From Gilvimarinus chinensis DSM 19667 (lineage in GTDB: Bacteria; Pseudomonadota; Gammaproteobacteria; Pseudomonadales; Cellvibrionaceae): a stretch of DNA of 32,000 nucleotides. The stretch spans positions 66,718 to 98,717 of the forward strand of contig NZ_KB898707.1 in the NCBI RefSeq assembly GCF_000377745.1. The letters run 5' to 3'. The notes under the pieces are model-generated. The model was not told the DNA's origin. It worked only from the letters and a program-made list of their open reading frames with translations, and did not search any database. Shown here piece after piece: positions 1 to 8,436 of this stretch (its first letter is position 1; every line of letters begins with the position of its first letter). Made by a program: the position numbers and the translations under genes.

Positions 1-1882
1 CAAATGGAAATTCCGGTTCGTGGCCGTAATCGAGATGATTAGAGGAGTTGCCAGGTGCATGTTGAAATACCCCCTGTTCAATGTCGCCAATGAGTGTGTA
101 ATTGTCCTCGGTTGCCGGGCGCCCGGTGGCCATACGATTGTAATAGATGGGGATTTGCCCTTCACCTTTAGGCCAGGTAATGGGCAGACGGCCCACCGGC
201 GAATAATCACCGTAGAGGACATCGACTAAAGCCGGCCCCGCCATGGTGCCGGGATGCCAAGCCATCATAATCGCATCAGACTGATCGAGTACCGGGCCCA
301 GCTCGATGGGCCGGCCAGCCATAATTACCGTCACCAGCGGCTTGCCTGTTTCGCTTAAGGCTTTTACCAGCTCCTGCTGCGCGCCAGGTAATGCTATATC
401 AGCGCGGCTGTGACCCTCGCCGGATAAAATAGACTCTTCGCCACCTACATATACGATTACGTCGGCTTGTTGTGCGGCTTCTACGGCTTTATTAAAGTTC
501 TGGGTCGATGTGTCGCGGCTATATTCCAGCCCTTTAACAAAGGTAAAGGACTCATTTCCGCCCAGATACTGCTCTAGAGCGGGCACCAGAGACACGGAGT
601 CTTTTTTGTCGCCATTGTAAATCCAGGTGCCCAGCTGTTCGTGGGGCACATTCGCCAGAGGTCCAACAAGAGCGATCTTGGCCTCTTTGTTCAGCGGCAA
701 CACAGAATTGTCGTTTTTGAGCAACACAAAGCTTTCACGCGCCGCTTCGCGGGCGGCTTGTCTGTGTTCATCGCTTAAAATGACAGTATCGCGATTGCCT
801 CTAGGGTAAGGGTTATCCCAGAGCCCGAGTCGCATTTTGATTCGGAGCATATGACGCACTGCCTGGTCCAACTTGGCCTCTGTGAATTTTCCCTCCTCGA
901 TTAATTCGGGCAAAAACTTCTGATAAGTATCGGTATACATTTCAAAGTCGATACCCGCGTTGGCGCTCAACTCGGCAGCATGTTTGGCGTCTCGGGCAAA
1001 GCCATGGGGCAGCATTTCCATAACGGCATTCCAGTCACTGACTACGAAGCCGTCAAAGCCCCACTCATCCCGTAGTATCGTTTTCAGCGCATGCTTATTA
1101 GCGGTGGCGGGGATATCGTTCAAGGTATTGTAAGAGCTCATAATAGTCATAAGGCCCGCGTCAACGGCCGCTTTAAAGGGCGGCAAGAAAATGTCGCGCA
1201 GTCTCGCCTCTGGTATATAGGCGGCGTTGTAATCGCGACCGGCCTCAGCTGCTCCATAGCCAATAAAGTGTTTGGCCGAGGCTGCCATAGCGTCTGGGCG
1301 CGTGGGGTCATCTGTTTGAAAGCCCATGGTCATGGCGACCCCGAGTACAGAAGCCAGATACGGGTCTTCACCCAGAGTCTCCGCTATCCGCCCCCAGCGA
1401 GGGTCATGGGATATGTCAATCATCGGGGCAAAAGTCCAGCGAATACCGTCTGTTGTGGCTTCCTTGGCGGCGATGCGTGCACCCTTTTTAACCAGCTCCG
1501 GGTTCCAGCTGGCTGCCTGGCCCAAAGGGATAGGGAAGATGGTTTCGTAGCCGTGTATGACATCTTGGCCAAAAATCAATGGTATGCCTTGTGGGCTTTC
1601 TTCCACGGCGATTTTTTGCAGTTCGGCAAAAGCATTATCGTCGACAGAAGAAAAACTGACGTTCAAAAAGCCGCCGACTTCACCCCGGCGAATTTGTGCT
1701 TTGAGTTCAGGTAGCTGTTCTGCGCTATAGGTGCCAAAGTCGCGGAGTGCGAGTTGTCCCACCTTTTGGTCTATGGTCATAGTCTCGAGCAAGACATCAA
1801 TACGGTTCTCGATGGCATCGGCGTTGGCGAATGAGGCGCCGATACACATGATCGGCAAAGCGAGATTCATTAGCTTTTTCAT
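1..1882 (-). CDS. Glycoside hydrolase family 3 beta-glucosidase (BglX-like), secreted; C-terminal end cut by the window edge
   Basis: Absent from the ORF track because it is open at the left edge. My minus-strand translation from ATG (1882-1880) reads MKKLMNLALPIMCIGASFANA (signal peptide), then TIDQKVGQL, GIPLIFGQDVIHG, WTFAPMIDISHDPRWGRIAETLGEDPYL, KHFIGYGAAEAGRDYN and ILRDEWGFDGFVVSDW (GH3 nucleophile motif). The second domain shows VGGEESILSGEGHSRADIALPGAQQELV and AWHPGTMAGPALVDVLYGDYSPVGRLPITWP. The frame stays open to position 2. Confidence 0.9.
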   Translation of the reverse strand, partial: MKKLMNLALPIMCIGASFANADAIENRIDVLLETMTIDQKVGQLALRDFGTYSAEQLPELKAQIRRGEVGGFLNVSFSSVDDNAFAELQKIAVEESPQGIPLIFGQDVIHGYETIFPIPLGQAASWNPELVKKGARIAAKEATTDGIRWTFAPMIDISHDPRWGRIAETLGEDPYLASVLGVAMTMGFQTDDPTRPDAMAASAKHFIGYGAAEAGRDYNAAYIPEARLRDIFLPPFKAAVDAGLMTIMSSYNTLNDIPATANKHALKTILRDEWGFDGFVVSDWNAVMEMLPHGFARDAKHAAELSANAGIDFEMYTDTYQKFLPELIEEGKFTEAKLDQAVRHMLRIKMRLGLWDNPYPRGNRDTVILSDEHRQAAREAARESFVLLKNDNSVLPLNKEAKIALVGPLANVPHEQLGTWIYNGDKKDSVSLVPALEQYLGGNESFTFVKGLEYSRDTSTQNFNKAVEAAQQADVIVYVGGEESILSGEGHSRADIALPGAQQELVKALSETGKPLVTVIMAGRPIELGPVLDQSDAIMMAWHPGTMAGPALVDVLYGDYSPVGRLPITWPKGEGQIPIYYNRMATGRPATEDNYTLIGDIEQGVFQHAPGNSSNHLDYGHEPEFPF

Positions 1883-2185
1883 AGGTGACTCCGTTATCTC
1901 GTCACTTCGTTATTTGTGAGCAGCGTATCGCTGAGTGAATGGCCCATAAAACAGGCCTGCCGGGACTATAGGGCGGGTAGGCTGCTGTGTCGTACGGGGA
2001 AAGCACTTTTCGGGTCGAACGCCCCTATATCCGCAAAGTTCGGCCTGCTGGCATTTATTCGAACCCGTTCTGGCTAATCAGCAGGAAATACGAACGCTTT
2101 TTTAGGGTTAGCAGGCTAGCCTGAACAGGCAGGGTAGCTATATGGGATAGGGTTATTCCCACAATAATAATATGAGGCGAGTTTT

Positions 2186-3895
2186 ATGATCTTGCGACGA
2201 CTTTATCTGTGTGGTTTGACCTGTTGCTTGGCAGCTTGTGGTGGAGGGACAAGTAATGGGGCATCACCGGTCTCTCCCGGCGGACCCTCGGATGTTCCCG
2301 ATCCGGCGCCTACCAAACTTTTTGTGGATCGCACTGACGAAACCGGTATTGAATTTCTGGCAGGCTACAAAACCTCCAAAGGCGTCAGCGATATTATGAA
2401 GTACTGTGGCGGTGTAGCCTCCGGTGATATAGATGGCGATGGTCTGGTGGATTTGTTCTTTATTAAGGGCGATATCGATCGGCCCGGCCTCTACTTAAAT
2501 GAAGGTAACAACCGTTATCGTGAGGTGGCGGCTGAATGGGGCGTCGATATTCAGGACCACAAAGGTTGTGGCCCGGCTTTCGCTGACGTTAATGGTGATG
2601 GTCGGTTGGACTTGTTTGTGGGGGGCATCGACGGTGACCGGAGTTATCTACTCGTACAGCAGAAAAATAACCTAGGGCAGTGGCGTTTTATTGATAAAAC
2701 CCAGGAGTACGGCTTGGCGGAGCTGGTTTCTCCCAATACGATTTCGGCTTCATTTGGCGATTACGATGGCGACGGCTGGCTGGATCTCTTTTTAGGCCAC
2801 TGGGGAACCCCGGAGTCGGTGCCCAAGGAACATTTGTGGCGCAACTTGAGTGGCGAGCGCTTTGAGAATGTTACCGCTGAGGCTGGGTTGGCACAGCATA
2901 TGATCCAGCAGCCTAATAATACGGCGGTACTAGGAGCGGGGGTGGATTACAGCTTTTCAGGTGCTTTTAGCGATATCAATAACGACCGCTGCCCGGACTT
3001 GCTGGTAATTGGCGACTTTACCACCTCTCAGGTGTTTTTAAACCGCTGCGATGGTGTGTTTGAAAAGTACCTTTCTGATGTGATTGATGTGGACAATGGT
3101 ATGGGGGGCGCCACTGGCGATCTGGACAACGATGGTGACCTGGATTGGTTTGTCAGCGGTATTGCCACAGCCGCAGGGCAGGGCAATCGCCTGTACCAGA
3201 ATAACCATCAATCGGCCCAAAGCTATGCCCAGATGTTTACGGATGTAAGCAAAGACAAAAACATTGTCGATGGAGGCTGGGGGTGGGGCGCGTGCTTTGC
3301 TGACTTCGACAATAACGGTTGGCTGGATATCTTTCATGTTAATGGTTGGCAGGCGGGGTTGTTCGGCTCCAGCTATGCAGACGATCGTTCGCGGCTCTAT
3401 ATGGCGCAGACGGATGCTGAATCTGCGTTCCCCCACTATCTCGAAAAATCCCTTGCCTTGGGAATTACTGATCGTACGCAAGGGCGTGGCGTGGTGTGCT
3501 TCGATTCGGACAATGACGGCGATGTGGATATTGTGACCGCCAACGGTATTTTCGATGAGGGCTTGATACCATTTAAATTTTATCAAAACACTCACGCCGA
3601 TGCGGGGGCAAGTAGCAGTCGCCATTTGCGTATTCAATTGCGCGGTGCCTATCCAAACACCGCCGCCATAGGCAGCAAAATTCTTGTGGTGTCTTCACGA
3701 ATGACGCAAATGCGGGAGGTTACGGCCAACAGTAACTTTGTCTCAAACAATCCCGCTATCCAATATGTGGGATTACCACAGGGCGATTCTGCCGAAACGA
3801 TAGAAGTCCGATGGCGAGATGGGCGTATCAGCGTGTTGCACGGCCCCTTTTCCGGTATGCACATCACCATTGACCACCCAGACCGTAAGTTTTGA
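2186..3895 (+). CDS. FG-GAP/VCBS-repeat lipoprotein with C-terminal ASPIC/UnbV domain (CRTAC1-like)
   Basis: 569 aa ORF with a lipoprotein signal peptide (LTCCLAAC-GGG). It has six calcium-binding FG-GAP-type repeats: GDIDGDGLVDLF, ADVNGDGRLDLF, GDYDGDGWLDLF, GDLDNDGDLDWF, ADFDNNGWLDIF and FDSDNDGDVDIV. The C-terminus (LRIQLRG..NTAAIGSKILV...EVRWRDG) is typical of ASPIC/UnbV. Confidence 0.8.
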   Translation: MILRRLYLCGLTCCLAACGGGTSNGASPVSPGGPSDVPDPAPTKLFVDRTDETGIEFLAGYKTSKGVSDIMKYCGGVASGDIDGDGLVDLFFIKGDIDRPGLYLNEGNNRYREVAAEWGVDIQDHKGCGPAFADVNGDGRLDLFVGGIDGDRSYLLVQQKNNLGQWRFIDKTQEYGLAELVSPNTISASFGDYDGDGWLDLFLGHWGTPESVPKEHLWRNLSGERFENVTAEAGLAQHMIQQPNNTAVLGAGVDYSFSGAFSDINNDRCPDLLVIGDFTTSQVFLNRCDGVFEKYLSDVIDVDNGMGGATGDLDNDGDLDWFVSGIATAAGQGNRLYQNNHQSAQSYAQMFTDVSKDKNIVDGGWGWGACFADFDNNGWLDIFHVNGWQAGLFGSSYADDRSRLYMAQTDAESAFPHYLEKSLALGITDRTQGRGVVCFDSDNDGDVDIVTANGIFDEGLIPFKFYQNTHADAGASSSRHLRIQLRGAYPNTAAIGSKILVVSSRMTQMREVTANSNFVSNNPAIQYVGLPQGDSAETIEVRWRDGRISVLHGPFSGMHITIDHPDRKF

Positions 3896-3903
3896 GGTTA
3901 ACC

Positions 3904-5887
3904 ATGCAAATAAAAAAAAAACATTCTATTAATAGCGGCCCTTGGGGCTTTGGTAACCGCTTGTGGCGGCAGTGGCGAGACAAGCGAAACCGTTGATGCG
4001 CCCCCGCCGCCACCCGCTACTCGTGAACCCCTTAGCGATGAAAAATCACCCTCGCTAGCTCGGCGCTGGAACGAGGTTTTGTTGGAGGCTATCCGCAATG
4101 ATTACGCGCGTCCGACTTCTCATGCGCGTAACCTTTTTCATTTGTCTGCGGTGATGTATGACGCCTGGACGGTATATTCAGATACGGAGAGCTCCTACTT
4201 GCTGGGGAAAACATTGAATGGTTTTTCCTGTCCATTCGATCGCGATGGCTTCACGGTTTATAGCGAGAAGGCTCGTGAAACGACCATAAGCTACGCGGCC
4301 TATCGTTTGATTACGCATCGATTTTCGCAGTCGCCGAGTGTTGCCTATACGCTATTGCAATCCAACAGATTGATGGAGACATTGGGGCTTAATCCTGAAC
4401 TGGCCACACCCAGTGCACAAAGCGGTGCCGCGGAGCTGGGCAATTACATCGCAGATTGCTACATTCGTTACGGCTTGCAGGACGGCTCCAATGAGGAAAA
4501 CGGCTATCAAAGCCGTTACTATCAGCCGGTTAATCCGCCCATCGCGCCCGCCGAGCCAGGCAATCCGGATGTGAATGACAGGGGGCGGTGGCAAGCGATT
4601 GAGCTGGAAACCTCTATTGATCAGTCTGGCAATCAGGTGTCTTCAGTCCCTAAGTTTATTGGGGCAGAGTGGGGCAATGTCTTGCCGTTTGCGCTGACTG
4701 AGTCGGATCGGCAGAGCCATCAGCGCGGTGGCCACACATACACCGTCTATCTCGACCCGGGCGAGCCTCCCTATCCCAATAGTCACTACCGGGAGATCTA
4801 TCAACGCACCTTCGCCTTGGTGGCTATCTGGGGTGCGCACCTGGACCCGGCAAAGACGCCCGTTATTGATATTTCGCCCGGCGCCCTGGGTAACCTGGAT
4901 ATAGACGAATTTCCCCGCGATTTTAGCGAATACGATCAGTTCTACTCGTTGTTTGCCGGTGGTGACCCTGGCAAAGGCCACGCTGTAAACCCTATTACCG
5001 GGCAATCTTATCCAAAGCAGGAAGTGCCTCTGGGCGATTATGCGCGAGTATTGGCAGAATTTTGGGCAGATGGCCCGGAATCGGAAACACCACCAGGGCA
5101 TTGGTTTGTCATTCTCAACCATGTGACTGACCACCCCGATTTTGAGCGTCGTCTCTGGGGCGCTGAATCTGTCGGGCCACTAGAGTGGGATATCAAAGCT
5201 TACTTTAGCCTCGGGGCGGCGATGCACGACTCGGCGGTGGCGGCCTGGAGTAACAAGGGCTGGTATGATTTTACCCGGCCCGTTTCAGCCATACGGGCCA
5301 TGGCGGATCTGGGACAATCCAGTGATCCTGCTGCGGCGTCTTATCACCCCGAGGGGCTGCCACTCTACCCAGGTTTTATCGAGCTGGTTAGGGAGGGGGA
5401 TCCGCTTGCGCAAAACCAGCCAGAGAACATTGGTAAAATTAAGCTCTATAGCTGGCGTGGCCCAGACTATATTGAATCGCCGCAAACCGATATTGCGGGG
5501 GTTGGGTGGATTTTGGCGGAAAACTGGTGGCCTTACCAGCGGCCAACATTTGTCACCCCGCCCTTTGCCGGCTATGTGTCGGGTCACTCTACCTTTTCCC
5601 GTGCGGCGGCGGAGGTCTTAACCGCGATAACCGGAAGTGAGTACTTCCCGGGTGGTATGGGCGAGTTTGAAGCACCGAAGAACGAATTTCTTGTCTTTGA
5701 GCGCGGGCCCAGCACCGACGTTACCTTGCAGTGGGCAACATACCGGGACGCGTCCGATCAATGCAGCTTGTCAAGAATCTGGGGTGGTATTCACCCGCCG
5801 GTGGATGATCTGCGAGGACGTTTTATGGGCGAGAAAGTCGCGCAAAAAGCCATAAACTTGGTGCAAGCAATGTTTGCTGGCGATTGA
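3904..5887 (+). CDS. PAP2-superfamily / vanadium-dependent haloperoxidase-like lipoprotein; 5' end out of frame with its apparent start because of an A10 tract (uninterrupted frame 3914-5887; track ORF 3950-5887)
   Basis: All three acid-phosphatase/V-haloperoxidase signature blocks are intact: KGWYDFTRP (K-x6-RP), VSGHST (xSGH) and SRIWGGIHPPVD (SR-x5-H-x3-D). The long frame encodes KKNILLIAALGALVTAC-GG (a lipobox) just after TAA 3911-3913. GAGG 3894-3897 plus ATG 3904 lie one frame off. Confidence 0.75.
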
Positions 5888-5930
5888 ATGCGGATTCGGT
5901 GGGGCCAGAGCCGTGAATCAGGGGCGGTAG

Positions 5931-5961
5931 GAGCATAAAGGCCTGGCAGGCCTTTATGCTC
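5931..5961. terminator. Hairpin between convergent genes (bidirectional terminator candidate)
   Basis: GAGCATAAAGGCC (5931-5943), TGGCA loop, then GGCCTTTATGCTC (5949-5961). This is a perfect 13 bp stem between the PAP2-like gene and the lyase-like gene. It has no long T run. Confidence 0.55.
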
Positions 5962-5999
5962 GTTGAGGTTATACGGATTTCGAAGATGTATTCACCGGA

Positions 6000-7487
6000 T
6001 TAATAGACTCTAACCTTGAGAAACTGACATCCATTGTTGGGTGTTATAAATAGGGTATTACCGGAGAAACTATCGGACGAAGCGTAGTTTCCAGTAACCT
6101 CAAGTTGTCCCGAGCCCGATTGGTCTTGAATGTTGCCACGGAAATTGCATTGACTGTTTGCGTCGCTATCCCATACCTGCAGAGTCCTGTTTTGCAGGTT
6201 TTCAGGGAAGGTAACACAGCTGGCAACGCCCAGCTCAATTTCGGTTCTTGTGTCCATTGCCATTTGCTCACAATTGTTCGCGCTACTCGAATTGCTACTG
6301 GAGCTACTGGAATTGTTTGAGCTGCTGCTAGAGCTGCTCAAGCTGGAAGACGATGCCTGGGAGCTGGATGAACTACTGCTTGAGCTTGTGGGGCTGCCGC
6401 CACATGAGCCATTTAATTCGTCGAAGCAGGGGTAAGGACCGTTGTTTGGCTGCTCAATTGATTGGTCTAGAGAGTAATCGATATTTCTGGTTTGATAATC
6501 TTTCCACACCAAAGTTGTCCCGCCATCCAAACGAGTATTGTTCGAAATGTGCATGGTAGGCTCTTGCGCTCGGAAGGTACCAGCCGAATAAGGCAGGTTA
6601 AACTCGTTATCGTAGATGTTTGAACGTTTGTGCTCACGATAGCTGTACACAGCATGAGTAATATTATCGTCGCCTTTGTAGTCCATAACGTTATTGCGCA
6701 CCAGAGCCTCATTACCTTTTAGGTCGATAAAGCTATCTGCTTGGGGGGAGGCCGATGTGCCTACGATACCCCGGGCATCTACATGGTTGTACTCAATGAC
6801 TGTCCCGGTAGTGCCCGCTTTAACATCAAAAGCCTCGGCAGTAACCCAGGGACCGATAGTGCAGCCGCCGATGGTGTTGTAATCGCTATTGTCGGGTGGG
6901 GATTCTTGATGACCGTTATTAGTGCCGACATACACCCCTTCACCGGTGCCTTCTTTACCCTCGCGCTTGCCTGTGTCGTGAATATAGCAATTGGTCAGCT
7001 TGTTGTAAGAGCTGCTATCGCGAAAGTGCACGGCTTCCTGGCCTACGTTATAAACTTCTACATTATCGATTAAGTTGTGATTCGCCCCTTCGAGCATGAT
7101 CCCTTTTTGTGCCCCGGTAAATTTCAGGTCTTTAACTTCCCAGTAATCCCCTTCGAGCAAAAGAACATACCCCGTATCAACGTTATCTCCTTTCAGAACC
7201 TGTTTGCTGGAGGTTGAAGCACTTCGTAAAACAATCGGGGAATTGGCAGTCCCGCTTTTGTCACTGAAAAAATGAGCTCGGCCTTCACCGCTTGTACTTC
7301 TGTTGCCCGTATATGAGCCCGCGTGAACCACAATTTCATCGCCAGGGCTTGCGCTTTTTAGCGCATTTTGGAGCTCTACTGAGTTATAAACTGGAAGGGT
7401 GGCTGCAAAGCTGGTTGTACTAACTAATGCGGTAGCAGCGATGAGAAGTTGTAACGAAGTCATATTTTTATGGTGTTGATTCTTCAT
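6000..7487 (-). CDS. Secreted right-handed parallel beta-helix polysaccharide lyase/hydrolase-like enzyme, poly-Ser linker and about 90 aa C-terminal Cys-containing (carbohydrate-binding?) module
   Basis: The track ORF is 6000-7499. I prefer ATG 7487 because GGAGG lies 5 nt upstream, giving MKNQHHKNMTSLQLLIAATALVSTTSFA-ATLP as the signal peptide. The N-terminal block VELQNALKSASPGDEIVVHAGSYTG is followed by repeated beta-helix turns (NHNLIDNVEVYN, YNKLTNCYIHD). A 43 aa Ser-rich linker precedes a 90 aa module with 4 Cys. The exact CAZy family was not determined. Confidence 0.6.
   Translation of the reverse strand: MKNQHHKNMTSLQLLIAATALVSTTSFAATLPVYNSVELQNALKSASPGDEIVVHAGSYTGNRSTSGEGRAHFFSDKSGTANSPIVLRSASTSSKQVLKGDNVDTGYVLLLEGDYWEVKDLKFTGAQKGIMLEGANHNLIDNVEVYNVGQEAVHFRDSSSYNKLTNCYIHDTGKREGKEGTGEGVYVGTNNGHQESPPDNSDYNTIGGCTIGPWVTAEAFDVKAGTTGTVIEYNHVDARGIVGTSASPQADSFIDLKGNEALVRNNVMDYKGDDNITHAVYSYREHKRSNIYDNEFNLPYSAGTFRAQEPTMHISNNTRLDGGTTLVWKDYQTRNIDYSLDQSIEQPNNGPYPCFDELNGSCGGSPTSSSSSSSSSQASSSSLSSSSSSSNNSSSSSSNSSSANNCEQMAMDTRTEIELGVASCVTFPENLQNRTLQVWDSDANSQCNFRGNIQDQSGSGQLEVTGNYASSDSFSGNTLFITPNNGCQFLKVRVY
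6273..6401 (-). repeat. Low-complexity poly-serine linker coding region
   Basis: Encodes GGSPTSSSSSSSSSQASSSSLSSSSSSSNNSSSSSSNSSSANN using mixed AGC/AGT/TCN codons. Coordinates are approximate to within a few nt. Confidence 0.85.
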
Positions 7488-7929
7488 TAGTGCCTCCATG
7501 GAGGGTAATTGGTAAGTGTTTTTTATGTTATTTGATTAAAAGTGCGCCATAAGTTGGTGCGAATTCAAATATAGTAAGGTGGCCTACTGGTAAGACCAAA
7601 GCAAGGCTAGTACGCCAACGGATGCGTGTCAATTTGTTCTGATGGTTTTGTATAGTGGTTCACTAATGAATGGTCTACTCACCCACCCGGCCAATAATTA
7701 TTGGCTGTGGTATGGGATATTTATTTAATTTTTTTCAATGAGTGACGACGTCGTGTAAATCGATTAGTTGCCACTTTCAGCGTGTTTTATCGAACACTTA
7801 GATTAGGCATTTTCGGTAAAGCGTGCTATTTGCTCGTTTTTTGTGACTTAATCGAGTTTTCATTTGGGCGTGAGCGGCTGAGCGTTGCAAAGCCTCGTGG
7901 GACTTGTCCCTGCAGCTCTCGGATAAGTA

Positions 7930-8241
7930 GAGGTAATTGTGGGTGATTTGCGGGTGGAAAAGGAGTCGTGTCAACCATGGATGTGTATCTTTGATACTGA
8001 AGGGCATCCACTGGTTGATGGCGGACTGGAATACTGGGGGCAAAACCTGCTTTAACGAGTCGGGTAAGCGTTGTTTTAAAGATTTTTGGGCTCACTCTTC
8101 CGACCAGTAAAAGCCGCGTTTAAAGCGTCTATTGACTGGGTGTTTGAACGCTGGCAGCGGGGACCTGCTATACATATTTACCATTATGCCAATTACGAGA
8201 TTGCCGCCTACCGCAAGTTAATGAGCCGGTATGGTGTGTAG
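7930..8241 (+). pseudogene. Remnant of a RecB-family (TM0106-type) nuclease gene, multiply frameshifted
   Basis: Three collinear fragments lie in different frames: WMCIFDTEGHPLVDGGLEYWGQNLL(stop), DFWAHSSDQ(stop) and RPVKAAFKASIDWVFERWQRGPAIHIYHYANYEIAAYRKLMSRYGV(stop 8239-8241). The fDxEg...eYL, FWAh and IYHYxxYE...L..ryg blocks match my memory of that family. Only about 100 of the several hundred expected residues remain. Confidence 0.55.
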
Positions 8242-8436
8242 TCGCTCGGCCTTGATCTGACATTTATCCGATTTTCATCCAGTGCCTGTCAGTCTAGGTC
8301 TGAGTTACTGCAAGTAATGGGGGTACACCATTGTGGGGCAGAGCCTGCGCCCTAAAAATCCAGGGTTTTCGCACAAAGCCGCTTGGTTTCCAGGGCGAAA
8401 GATAAGTAGATCAGGACGATTTGTTTATCCATCCGG

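Noticed and set aside
1091-1919. Plus-strand ORFs 1091-1714, 1326-1550 and 1731-1919 (also 20-229 and 627-809).
   Set aside because: They lie antisense to a GH3 gene with unmistakable motifs. Their products are compositionally odd with no recognisable motifs. They are shadow ORFs.
1966-2029. Imperfect inverted repeat CTATAGGGCG ... CGCCCCTATA with an internal GGGTCGAACGCCCC that looks faintly like a tRNA T-arm, in the GH3/FG-GAP divergent region.
   Set aside because: It cannot be folded into a cloverleaf and has no anticodon or acceptor arms. It may be a structured leader or operator, but I cannot support any specific call.
3038-3870. Minus-strand ORFs 3038-3637 and 3649-3870, and plus-strand ORF 3264-3536, inside the FG-GAP gene.
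   Set aside because: They are antisense or out of frame relative to a well-supported repeat protein and have no motifs.
7690-7705. Perfect 16 bp palindrome GCCAATAATTATTGGC just inside the proposed left island edge.
   Set aside because: It is a single occurrence with no partner site or adjacent gene start. It could be an operator or chance in AT-rich DNA. It is not reported as a feature.
7798-8095. Minus-strand ORFs of 81 and 89 aa.
   Set aside because: They overlap each other and lie antisense to the RecB-like pseudogene fragments. They have no RBS or motifs.
8242-8250. The 9-mer TCGCTCGGC occurs right after the pseudogene truncation (8242-8250) and again at 13570-13578 near the expected outer end of the IS110 stump. 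This could mean both are IS ends.
   Set aside because: Similarity does not extend beyond about 12 nt. It is too short to distinguish from chance without an intact IS copy for comparison.
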